Positions 7,160 through 14,521 of a stretch of 18,636 nt of DNA are shown here, piece by piece (within the stretch, counting starts at the first letter, position 1; each line of letters starts with the position of its first letter). Under the pieces are notes generated by a model. That model worked only from the letters and a program-made list of their open reading frames with translations. It was not told the origin of the DNA and did no database searches. The stretch comes from Candidatus Iainarchaeum sp. (GTDB taxonomy: Archaea > Iainarchaeota > Iainarchaeia > Iainarchaeales > CSSED10-239): assembly GCA_028700905.1 (NCBI GenBank), contig JAQVRT010000006.1, forward strand, positions 1 through 18,636. Reading direction: 5' to 3'. The position numbers and the translations under genes were made by a program.

Positions 7160-8365
7160 ATGAATAATGAAATTCAAGCAGAACTAAATATAGGGATTGT
7201 AGGACACGTTGATCACGGAAAAACAACATTAACTTCAAAGCTAACCGGTAAATGGACAGATAGACATTCTGAAGAAATAAAACAAGGAATTTCTATTAAA
7301 TTAGGTTATGCAGACGCAGAGTTCTATATTGATCCATCAGTTTCTGGAATTTCAAGCTATACCTCTCAAAAAACACACCCTTTGACAGGAAATAAGACTG
7401 AGTTGATAAGAAAAGTGTCATTTGTGGATGCTCCTGGCCACGAAACCTTAATGGCAGTTATGCTCTCTGGAGCTGCATTATTAAATGGTGCAATTTTAGT
7501 AGTTGCTGCAAATGAAGAATGTCCTCAACCAAGAACTGTTGAACATCTTTTAGCACTTAAGATGCATGGTATTAAAAATTTAGTTGTTGCTCAAAATAAA
7601 ATAGATTTAGTTTCAAAAGAAGAAGCTCTTTTAAATTATAAAAAACTAAGAGAGTTTTTAGATTCTGAAGGTTATAAGGATTCTCCAATTATTCCAACTT
7701 CTGCTCATTTTGATACAAATATTGATGCTTTAATTTATGCAATTGTAAACACTATTGAAAAACCTTCAATTGAAAAATTATCTTCTAAACCTTTAAAGAT
7801 GCAGATTGTAAGATCTTTTGATATTAATAAACCTTCAACAAAAATAAAAGAACTTAAAGGTGGAGTTTTAGGTGGAGCTATTTTAGAAGGTAAAATTTCT
7901 GTAAATGATAAATGTTTTATTTATCCTGGTTTTGAAAATGGTCCTATTGAGTTTAAGGTTAAATCTTTAAATTCTGAAAGAATTTCACTTAAGAGTGCAC
8001 ACGCTGGTGGACTTATAGCAATTGGAACTGATTTAGATCCTTTCTTTTGTTTTTCAGATAAAATGGTTGGTCAGATTGTTTGTGAAGAAAAATCAAAACC
8101 TACTCTTTCAAATATTATAAAAATTGATTATAATAAAATAGAAAGATTAATTGAACCAAATCAATCAGAATTTAAGATTGGAGAAAGAATTGTTTTAGTT
8201 ATAGGTTCTTCTGCTCAAGTAGGAGTTATTAAAAAAATAAATAAAAATAATGAATTTGAAATAATGCTTGCAAGAAACGCAGCTTTTTATCCAAAAAATA
8301 AAGTTGCAGTAAGCAGAAATGTAAATAGTAGATGGAGACTTGCAGGATATGGGGAGATTAAATAA
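7160..8365 (+). CDS. eif2g: Translation initiation factor aIF2 gamma subunit (zinc-knuckle cysteines absent)
   Basis: NIGIVGHVDHGKTTLTSKLTGKWTDRHSEEIKQGISIKLGYA, VDAPGHE, AQNKID, SAHFDTNIDAL, IVRSFDINKP and the C-terminal SRWRLAGYGEI align along the whole length with aIF2gamma as I remember it from Sulfolobus. Confidence 0.95.
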   Translation: MNNEIQAELNIGIVGHVDHGKTTLTSKLTGKWTDRHSEEIKQGISIKLGYADAEFYIDPSVSGISSYTSQKTHPLTGNKTELIRKVSFVDAPGHETLMAVMLSGAALLNGAILVVAANEECPQPRTVEHLLALKMHGIKNLVVAQNKIDLVSKEEALLNYKKLREFLDSEGYKDSPIIPTSAHFDTNIDALIYAIVNTIEKPSIEKLSSKPLKMQIVRSFDINKPSTKIKELKGGVLGGAILEGKISVNDKCFIYPGFENGPIEFKVKSLNSERISLKSAHAGGLIAIGTDLDPFFCFSDKMVGQIVCEEKSKPTLSNIIKIDYNKIERLIEPNQSEFKIGERIVLVIGSSAQVGVIKKINKNNEFEIMLARNAAFYPKNKVAVSRNVNSRWRLAGYGEIK

Positions 8366-8756
8366 TATTTTGATTGATACAAATGTATTAATCTATATGT
8401 ATGAAAACAAAAAAGATATCTTTGATTATGTTACAGTTTTAATCCCTGATCCAAAGTTTTTTATTTTAGATAAAGTTTTTGATGAACTTTCAAAAGTTTA
8501 TAAAACTAAACCTAATAAGTTTTTAGGTATTAAAAGATATTTAGAAAAATTAAAAGAAATAAATAAGTTTGAAATTATTGAAGTTGGAGAAGATGTTTTA
8601 AGTCTTAGTGTTAAATTTACAAAAATAGATAACTTATTAATATATTACAGTAATAAATATTTAGTATATACAAATGATAAAATATTAAAAGATAAAATTA
8701 AAAAAAAAGGAAATAGAGTTTTAACTTTAAAAAATAATGGTGTTTTATTAATTTAA
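8340..8756 (+). CDS. PIN-domain protein, Fcf1/COG1412-like (conserved partner of eif2g-rpoE in archaea)
   Basis: ILIDTNVLIY (first acidic PIN residue), DKVFDEL and VYTNDKILKDKIKKKGNRVLTL (Fcf1-like vaT.D..L+..l+..g) are present. The position between aIF2gamma and Rpo7 is the established archaeal gene order. The start is uncertain: TTG 8340 or ATG 8349, both overlapping the end of eif2g (stop 8363-8365). Confidence 0.8.
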   Translation: MQDMGRLNNILIDTNVLIYMYENKKDIFDYVTVLIPDPKFFILDKVFDELSKVYKTKPNKFLGIKRYLEKLKEINKFEIIEVGEDVLSLSVKFTKIDNLLIYYSNKYLVYTNDKILKDKIKKKGNRVLTLKNNGVLLI

Positions 8757-8787
8757 AAAAAAAAATATAAAAAGAGGAAGATTTTAT

Positions 8788-9417
8788 ATGGGTTATAAAA
8801 AATTTGATGTAGAAGGAATCGTTTCAGTATCTCCTTTAAATTTATCTGGAGAATTAAAAGATATTTTAAAAGAACAATTATCAATTAACTATGATGGTGT
8901 TATTGATAAAGACATAGGTCTTATAATTGCAATAACAGATGTTTTAGATCATAGTGAAGGAGAAATTATTCCTGGAGATTCAGATGTTTTCTTTAAAGTT
9001 AAATTTAGAGTAATAAGTTTTCTTCCTAAATTACATGAAGTTATTAGAGGTAGAGTTACACAAGCAACTGATTTTGGTGCTTTTATAAATATTGGTCCTT
9101 TTGAAGGTTTATGTCATGTTTCTCAAGTAATGCCAGATTTTAATTCTTATAACCCTGAACTTCCTGGTTTCTTTGCAAAAGAAAGTAAAAAAACATTAGT
9201 GGTTGAAGATAAAGTTTTAACTAGAATTTCAAACATTAGTTTTAAGAAAACAATTGCTGAAACAAAAATTGGTCTTACAATGAGACAAACAGGTCTTGGT
9301 AAAGAAGAATGGATTGCAATTGATGCAAAGGCTGAGAAGAAAACTACTAAAAAAACATCTAAAAAAGATGATACTAAAGAAAAAAAGACCACAACTAAAA
9401 AAGGTGGTAAAAAATGA
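8788..9417 (+). CDS. rpoE: DNA-directed RNA polymerase subunit Rpo7 (RpoE/E') with Lys/Thr-rich C-terminal tail
   Basis: An N-terminal Rpb7-like fold is followed by an S1 domain (EVIRGRVTQATDFGAFINIGPFEGLCHVSQV). SD GAGGAAG is upstream. The stop TGA overlaps the spt4 start (ATGA at 9414-9417). Confidence 0.9.
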   Translation: MGYKKFDVEGIVSVSPLNLSGELKDILKEQLSINYDGVIDKDIGLIIAITDVLDHSEGEIIPGDSDVFFKVKFRVISFLPKLHEVIRGRVTQATDFGAFINIGPFEGLCHVSQVMPDFNSYNPELPGFFAKESKKTLVVEDKVLTRISNISFKKTIAETKIGLTMRQTGLGKEEWIAIDAKAEKKTTKKTSKKDDTKEKKTTTKKGGKK

Positions 9418-9638
9418 ATAAAAAAGCATGTAGAAAGTGTAGAAAAATTATAGAAGAAGTTGAAGTAAATGAAAAAGGAAAAGAAGAATCTGTAAAGGTT
9501 TGTCCTGTATGTGAAAGTACAAATTTCACAACTTTTTGGAAAGGTTCTGCACTTGTTGTAAATCCTGAAAAATCAGAAATTGGTAAGGCAATGGATGTAA
9601 CAGTTCCTGGAAAATATGCCTTAAGATTAAGTAGGTGA
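9414..9638 (+). CDS. spt4: Transcription elongation factor Spt4 (RpoE'')
   Basis: It has a CRKC...CPVC zinc ribbon followed by FTTFWKGSALVVNPEKSEIGKAMDVTVPGKYALRL, which matches the Spt4 consensus W.G...i.dPekS.iAk......G.YAl. The spacer between the two CxxC pairs is 20 aa, longer than the roughly 8 aa I recall for Methanocaldococcus Spt4. Confidence 0.9.
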   Translation: MNKKACRKCRKIIEEVEVNEKGKEESVKVCPVCESTNFTTFWKGSALVVNPEKSEIGKAMDVTVPGKYALRLSR

Positions 9639-9774
9639 TTTATAAGTATTATTATACTTATTTTTTAAGAATGGATTTTACGAAAGTAAAGTTTTAATTT
9701 TTCTTTATAAAAATATTTTTTTAAAGAAAATAAAAATCTCTCTCAAAGATTTTAGAAATATAAGGTGAAAATTA

Positions 9775-10185
9775 ATGGAAATAGAATTTGAAAAATCAAG
9801 AAATGAACTTTTAAAAAGAACAAATGTTTTTGTAAAAATTAGAAGTGTTAAAACACCAAGTAAAAAAGAACTTCAAACAAAAGTTGCTTCTGTTCTTGCA
9901 TGTGATGAAGCATTAGTTGTTGTTGATAAAATTTCTCAAGAATTTGGATCTAAAATTTCAAATGCATATGTTAAGGTTTATGATTCTTTAGAAGCTTTAA
10001 AAAAAATAGAGCTTGAACATAACATTAGAGATATTTTAAAAGAAGAAAAAGAAAAAGAAGAGGCACTTAAAGCTGAAAGAAAAGCAAAAAAAGAAGCTGC
10101 AAAAAAACCAGCTGAACCTGAAAAAGAAGAAGCTGAAAAAGAAGAAGCTGAAGAAAAGTCTCAGGAAGAAGTTAAAGAAGAGTAG
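9775..10185 (+). CDS. rps24e: 30S ribosomal protein S24e with Lys/Glu-rich C-terminal tail
   Basis: NELLKRTNVFVKI....TPSKKELQTKVASVL..DEALVVVDKISQEFGSKISNAYVKVYDSLEALKKIE is S24e-like. SD AAGGTGA lies 6 nt upstream. Confidence 0.9.
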   Translation: MEIEFEKSRNELLKRTNVFVKIRSVKTPSKKELQTKVASVLACDEALVVVDKISQEFGSKISNAYVKVYDSLEALKKIELEHNIRDILKEEKEKEEALKAERKAKKEAAKKPAEPEKEEAEKEEAEEKSQEEVKEE

Positions 10186-10237
10186 TTTTTAAACAAAAAC
10201 TAATTTTTAAAAAATTGGAAAATTAAGGTGAAAAATT

Positions 10238-10465
10238 ATGGCTAAAAAGAAAGGAGCTAATTCAGTTAAAAAAGGTAAGAAAGCTCATAAGAAAACTGTA
10301 AGAGTTAAAGTGAATAAATTTTATGAAGTTTCTGGCGCAAGTGTTACAAGAAAAGGAAAAGATTGTCCTAAATGTGGTACTGGTGTTAAAATGGGTTCTC
10401 ACAAAACAAAAGATGGTCAAGTAAGGTATGCTTGCGGTAAATGTGGGACAACAGTTTGGGAATAG
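10238..10465 (+). CDS. rps27ae: 30S ribosomal protein S27ae
   Basis: KFYEVSGASVTRKGKDCPKCGTGVKMGSHKTKDGQVRYACGKCGTTVWE contains the C4 zinc ribbon CPKCG...CGKCG typical of S27ae. SD AAGGTGA lies 6 nt upstream. Confidence 0.92.
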   Translation: MAKKKGANSVKKGKKAHKKTVRVKVNKFYEVSGASVTRKGKDCPKCGTGVKMGSHKTKDGQVRYACGKCGTTVWE

Positions 10466-10579
10466 TTTTATTTTAAATAAATGTGATTTAATATTTTCTA
10501 TATATTAGATCTCTTTTTATTTTTATTTCCTATTTATTTTTTATTTTTTGAAAATAGAAAAATTAAATTTAAAGAGATT

Positions 10580-11020
10580 TTGTCTAATTTTGGTGTTAAA
10601 AAAATCTCTTTTAAATATTTTATAAAACATACTTTTATTGTTTTTTTTATTCTGTTATTTTTAAGTATGTTTATTAATCTAGTATTTATTTTATTTGGTT
10701 TTACAGATTTAGGTCTTGTTACTGAAAAAATAAAAACTCTTTCTCCATTTTTTATAGTTTATTTATTAGTTGTTAGAGTATTTTTAGAAGAATGGTTTTT
10801 TAGAGGTTTTTTAGTTTATAAAACTGGGGTTTTATTTTCTGCATTTTTATTTGCTGCAGGACATTATGGGTATGGGTCTATTGTCGAAGTAGTGGGTGCT
10901 TTTATATTAGGTTTAGTTTTAGCTTTCTATTATAAAAAAATAAATAATATTTATCCTCTTTATGCTGCGCATTTTCTATATAACTTAATGGTTATTTTAG
11001 TTACTTTTTTTACAATTTAA
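10580..11020 (+). CDS. CPBP-family intramembrane glutamic protease (CAAX protease / Abi-like), minimal 146-aa form
   Basis: All three CPBP motifs are present: EEWFFRG (EExxxR), FAAGH (FxxxH) and HFLYN (HxxxN). The protein is multi-TM. The TTG 10580 start has no clear SD, and in-frame ATG 10667 is an alternative. Confidence 0.8.
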   Translation: MSNFGVKKISFKYFIKHTFIVFFILLFLSMFINLVFILFGFTDLGLVTEKIKTLSPFFIVYLLVVRVFLEEWFFRGFLVYKTGVLFSAFLFAAGHYGYGSIVEVVGAFILGLVLAFYYKKINNIYPLYAAHFLYNLMVILVTFFTI

Positions 11021-11174
11021 TTTTAATTAACAATAGTTAACTAATTATATTTTTTAAAAAATAATTTAAAGAAAAGAATAGTAGTATAGTTTAATTTATT
11101 AATGTGTATTATTTTGTATATCTATTTTAGTATTATATATATATAGTTTATATTCTATTCTTATATTGGATTAA

Positions 11175-11312
11175 AAAAGCTATTCTTTATAGAGATGATA
11201 GAAGAGCTTTTGTGAGTATTATGAGTATGACAATACAACACAAATCCGATAGTTAGGAGGAGCTAAACTCAACGTGTTTAAACGGAAAAAAACTTAAGGT
11301 GTGCTCCCCTAT
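11175..11312. ncRNA. Candidate small structured RNA of unknown family (strand unresolved)
   Basis: It sits in a 445-bp gene-free spacer. An 11/12-bp hairpin spans 11175-11211 (aaaagctattct / agaagagctttt). A locally GC-enriched patch at 11246-11312 contains a 9-bp bulged stem, TAGGaGGAGC (11254-11263) with GCTCCCCTA (11303-11311). A TATA-like run (about 11133-11147) lies roughly 27-40 nt upstream and a T-run (about 11326-11333) lies downstream. No family motifs were recognised. Confidence 0.3.
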
Positions 11313-11408
11313 CTTTAACATTTACTATTTTTATTATTTTCTAATATTATTTTTTCAAATTCTATTTTTTTAAGTAAATCGTAATTTATAAATAATTTTT
11401 TAATAAGT

Positions 11409-11435
11409 AACCTAAGTAACAATGTTACATAGGTT
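11409..11435 (+). promoter_or_regulatory. 27-bp near-perfect palindrome overlapping the padR promoter; candidate PadR autoregulatory operator
   Basis: AACCTAaGTAACAaTGTTACaTAGGTT has 12 of 13 symmetric pairs. It abuts a TATA-like TTTATAT (11434-11440) about 26-32 nt upstream of the ATG at 11466. Confidence 0.55.
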
Positions 11436-11465
11436 TATATTCTTTTTGTTATATGTATTCTTATA

Positions 11466-11828
11466 ATGGTTACAATAAAAAATATGGCTGATAATCCTGA
11501 AAAGATATGGTTGCAATTTCTTATATTGAGATTGATTTATGAAAATCCAACTTATGGTTATAAGTTAATTAAAGATATTAATAAAATAAGTAATGGAAAA
11601 TATATTGTTAAATCAGGTACTATGTATACTACACTTAGACGAATGGAAAAAAATAAATTACTGAATTCTATTTGGGAAAAAAATGAGTCTGGTCCTAGTA
11701 GTAGAATTTATAATCTAACTATAAAAGGTAAAATAAAACTTAAAAATTTACTTAAAATGGTTGTTGAAAGAAAAAAAATAATAGATCAGTTAATTAAATT
11801 TTATGAAAAAGAATTTAAAGAACAATAA
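11466..11828 (+). CDS. PadR-family winged-helix transcriptional regulator
   Basis: LQFLILRLIYENPTYGYKLIKDI....G.Y.VKSGTMYTTLRRMEKNKLLNS.WE.....SSRIYNLTIKGK matches the PadR consensus (hGYel...i ... gtlYp.L.rLe..Gli ... r+.Y.lT..G). A C-terminal dimerisation helix follows. Confidence 0.88.
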   Translation: MVTIKNMADNPEKIWLQFLILRLIYENPTYGYKLIKDINKISNGKYIVKSGTMYTTLRRMEKNKLLNSIWEKNESGPSSRIYNLTIKGKIKLKNLLKMVVERKKIIDQLIKFYEKEFKEQ

Positions 11829-11852
11829 ATATAATGTAAATTAAGATTATTT

Positions 11853-12077
11853 ATGAAAATAAAATTACATCAAATATTACTTTGGATTACAATAATTTCT
11901 TTAATAGTTTTAGTTATATCTACTGTACCTTTATTAGTTAGTTATTTAAAAAATGTAGATGTTAAATTTCCAATGTTTGTAACTATTCATGTTTGGTCTG
12001 GTATTATACTATTAGTGGTTGTATTATTAAGAGTTTTTATTAATCGTAAAAAATTAAAGATAATGCTTACTAATTAG
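11853..12077 (+). CDS. Small two-TM membrane protein (DUF4405-like H-x-W-x-G helix pair), function unknown
   Basis: The 74-aa product has two hydrophobic helices (ILLWITIISLIVLVISTVPLLV and FVTIHVWSGIILLVVVLLRVF). It is packed between padR and the CARDB-like gene with 24-nt gaps on each side. Confidence 0.6.
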   Translation: MKIKLHQILLWITIISLIVLVISTVPLLVSYLKNVDVKFPMFVTIHVWSGIILLVVVLLRVFINRKKLKIMLTN

Positions 12078-12101
12078 TTATTTTAAAAATTAAGGAGTTA
12101 A

Positions 12102-13307
12102 TTGATTAATATGTTTTCAAAAAAAATTATTTTAGTATCTGTTTTATTTTTACTTACATCTTTATTTTCGGGGTTGATTTTCTCTGAAAGATATATAGAT
12201 AGTTCTTATGTTCAAGTTATTGCTCAAGAAGTAAGTCCTGAACCAGTAGAGCCTGGTCAAGATTTTTTACTAAAAGTTAGAGTTCATAATTTTGGAACAG
12301 TGGATGCTAAAAATGTAAAAATTAATCTTGATTTAAATTATCCTTTTTATTTAAAAAATACAAGTGAGTCTTATATTGACTTTAATTCGATTTGTTCTAA
12401 TTGTTCTGCAGAAAATACATATTATTTTACAGTTTCAAGTTCTGCAGTTTCAGGGATATATCCCATACATTTTAATATATCTGAAATAAATAATGAAACT
12501 GTTTCTTTTAAACCTCAAATAATAGATATTTCCATATTAGGTAAACCTGATTTAGTTTTAGAAACCATAAAAGTAGATCAAAATATTTCTGCCGGAGATA
12601 TATTTAATATTAAATTTTTATTAAGGAATATAGGTACTGGGAATTCTAGAAATATAAAAATAATTCCTAATTCTGATGATTTTATGCTTATTGGGACAAA
12701 TACTAAATGGTTTGAAGAATTAGGTCCCAATAAAGAAATTATTTTTGATTTAAATTTTATTTCAAACAAAGATTTAATTTCAAATAGTTATATTTTTCCT
12801 ATAGATCTTGAATTTTTAGGAGAAAAACAAAATTTTTATACCTCTTCATATAATATTGGAATTAATCTTTTAGGAAAAGCAGATTTATCTTTACAAAATT
12901 TAAAAATTACTCCTTTAAACCCTTCTTTAAAAGATTTAATTAATTTTGAAGGAATTATTGAAAATATAGGAAATGGAAAAGCAAATAATGTTTCTTTAGA
13001 ATTATTTGTTTCAAATGATGAGAATTATAAATATTATATTGGTCAATTAAATAAAGATGATGATGCTCCTTTTTATTTTAATGAAATTAAATTTAATTCT
13101 GTTGGAAATAATAAAGTAAATTTGATTGTAAATTATGATGATGATTACGGTAATTATAAAATAGAAATTCCTTTAAATCAAAATATAAATAAATCTAATA
13201 ATTTATCTTTATTTTTTATAGTTTTATTTTTATTTTTGGTTTTATTTTTTAGTTTGTATTTATTAAAAAATAATAAACACAATAAAAATAAAAAAATAAA
13301 GAATTGA
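12102..13307 (+). CDS. Surface protein with three CARDB-like (COG1361 'S-layer domain') modules, N-terminal signal/anchor and C-terminal TM anchor
   Basis: The N-terminus is hydrophobic (KKIILVSVLFLLTSLFSGLIF). Three modules recur: PEPVEPGQDFLLKVRVHNFGTVDAKNVKINL, ISAGDIFNIKFLLRNIGTGNSRNIKIIP and LNPSLKDLINFEGIIENIGNGKANNVSLEL, sharing the CARDB-like G..f.l...i.N.G...a.nv.v.l pattern. The C-terminus is LSLFFIVLFLFLVLFFSLYLL followed by a basic tail. SD AAGGAG is at 12092-12097. The start is TTG 12102 or ATG 12111. Confidence 0.8.
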   Translation: MINMFSKKIILVSVLFLLTSLFSGLIFSERYIDSSYVQVIAQEVSPEPVEPGQDFLLKVRVHNFGTVDAKNVKINLDLNYPFYLKNTSESYIDFNSICSNCSAENTYYFTVSSSAVSGIYPIHFNISEINNETVSFKPQIIDISILGKPDLVLETIKVDQNISAGDIFNIKFLLRNIGTGNSRNIKIIPNSDDFMLIGTNTKWFEELGPNKEIIFDLNFISNKDLISNSYIFPIDLEFLGEKQNFYTSSYNIGINLLGKADLSLQNLKITPLNPSLKDLINFEGIIENIGNGKANNVSLELFVSNDENYKYYIGQLNKDDDAPFYFNEIKFNSVGNNKVNLIVNYDDDYGNYKIEIPLNQNINKSNNLSLFFIVLFLFLVLFFSLYLLKNNKHNKNKKIKN

Positions 13308-13318
13308 TTTAGATTTAT

Positions 13319-14518
13319 ATGAATAAAAAAGATATTAAGCTAATGTTTTTTTTAGCTTATAAAAATATAATTAAAAGTAAATCTACTTTTATTGTAATTG
13401 TAGCTGTAATGGCTATGAGTTTTTTGTCAATAACTTTTTTTTCTGCAATTATTGATGGGTTAAGTTATGAATTTGAAGAGTCGATGATTGATGGTCAAAC
13501 AGGGCATTTAATGATCGAACCATCTAATGAAGAAAGTTTTATATTTAATTCTGATAGATTAGAAAAAAATATTTCTAAAATTCCAGGAGTAATTGGTGTT
13601 TCTTCAAGATTAGAATCAAATATTTTAATTACTTATAAAAATGAAGAGCTAGGGGCACCTGTTTTCTTTATTGATCCTATTGATGAACAAAAAGTATCTA
13701 ATTTTCATGAAAGTTTAATAGAAGGTAGTTTTCTTTCATATAAAGATACATCTGAAATTATTATTGGTTCTGATTTACTAGAACAGTATGCGCCTATAGA
13801 TGATACTAAGAAAAGGTTTAATCTTAGAATAGGGGATAATATTATTTTAACTTTTAATAATGGTTATAAAAAAGAATATAAAATCAAAGGTATTTTTAAA
13901 ACAGGTTCTAAGTTTAATGATGATAAAATTTTAATTAATAAAGAAGAATATTTTTCAATATTCAATAAAGAAGATATTTCTCATAAAATACTTATTAAAC
14001 TTCCTTCAAGAGGTCTTGAAAAAGAATATATTCAAAAGATAGAAGCTTTAGGAATAATTGAACAGATTAACCCTTGGGAAACTAAGATTGGTATGATTAA
14101 ACAATTTGTAGGAAGTCTTCAAATTACAAATCAGATAACTGGTTTTATAGGTTTATTAACTGCATTTGCAACAATTTACATAATTATTTTTATAAATGTA
14201 ACTAATAAAAGAAAGCAGATAGGTATATTAAAAGCTATAGGTATTAAAAAAAAAATTATTCTTGGATCATATATTATTCAATCTTTTATTTATGGTTTTG
14301 TAGGTGTTATTTTTGGAAATATTATTATGCAAATTTTGTTGGCTTTACTTGCAAGTTATCCATTATCTATGCCTATTGGGGATGTAGTTCCATTACTAAC
14401 AATAGGTAAATTATTAACTACCTCTTTTATTTTAATTTTAGCCTCTATTGTTGCAGGTTTTTTTCCTTCTAGAAAAGCTTCTAATGATAATATCTTAGAT
14501 GCTATATTTGGAGGATAG
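13319..14518 (+). CDS. ABC transporter permease, FtsX/MacB type (N-terminal TM, large extracytoplasmic domain, three C-terminal TMs)
   Basis: The 399-aa product starts with AYKNIIKSKSTFIVIVAVMAMSFLSITFFSAI. An approximately 230-aa soluble insert follows, then the FtsX-like region KRKQIGILKAIGIKKKIILGSYIIQSF...LASIVAGFFPSRKASNDNILDAI (consensus r.+EigiLKAiGa....i......E ... P A.+A.+..p..al). Confidence 0.9.
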   Translation: MNKKDIKLMFFLAYKNIIKSKSTFIVIVAVMAMSFLSITFFSAIIDGLSYEFEESMIDGQTGHLMIEPSNEESFIFNSDRLEKNISKIPGVIGVSSRLESNILITYKNEELGAPVFFIDPIDEQKVSNFHESLIEGSFLSYKDTSEIIIGSDLLEQYAPIDDTKKRFNLRIGDNIILTFNNGYKKEYKIKGIFKTGSKFNDDKILINKEEYFSIFNKEDISHKILIKLPSRGLEKEYIQKIEALGIIEQINPWETKIGMIKQFVGSLQITNQITGFIGLLTAFATIYIIIFINVTNKRKQIGILKAIGIKKKIILGSYIIQSFIYGFVGVIFGNIIMQILLALLASYPLSMPIGDVVPLLTIGKLLTTSFILILASIVAGFFPSRKASNDNILDAIFGG

Positions 14519-14521
14519 ATT

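Noticed and set aside
9147-9429. Two minus-strand ORFs (9147-9392, 9229-9429) opposite the Rpo7 tail.
   Set aside because: They are antisense shadows of the K/T-rich tail and S1 domain, with no independent support.
9639-9774. Small hairpins after spt4 (tttac-gaaa-gtaaa and aaaatct-ctctcaa-agatttt) as terminators or regulatory elements.
   Set aside because: The stems are only 5-7 bp of mostly A/T. They are plausible but not distinguishable from background, so the region was left as an unannotated promoter/terminator spacer for rps24e.
11190-11256. C/D-box sRNA (GATGATAG at about 11194-11201) and the tiny ORFs MSMTIQHKSDS (11221-11256) and a 7-aa GTG ORF after the AGGAGG at 11255-11260.
   Set aside because: There is no exact RUGAUGA C box and no CUGA D box in register. 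The peptides are too short and have no supporting context.
12578-12769. Minus-strand 63-aa ORF inside the CARDB-like gene.
   Set aside because: It is fully nested antisense to a gene in a tightly packed operon, with no motif.
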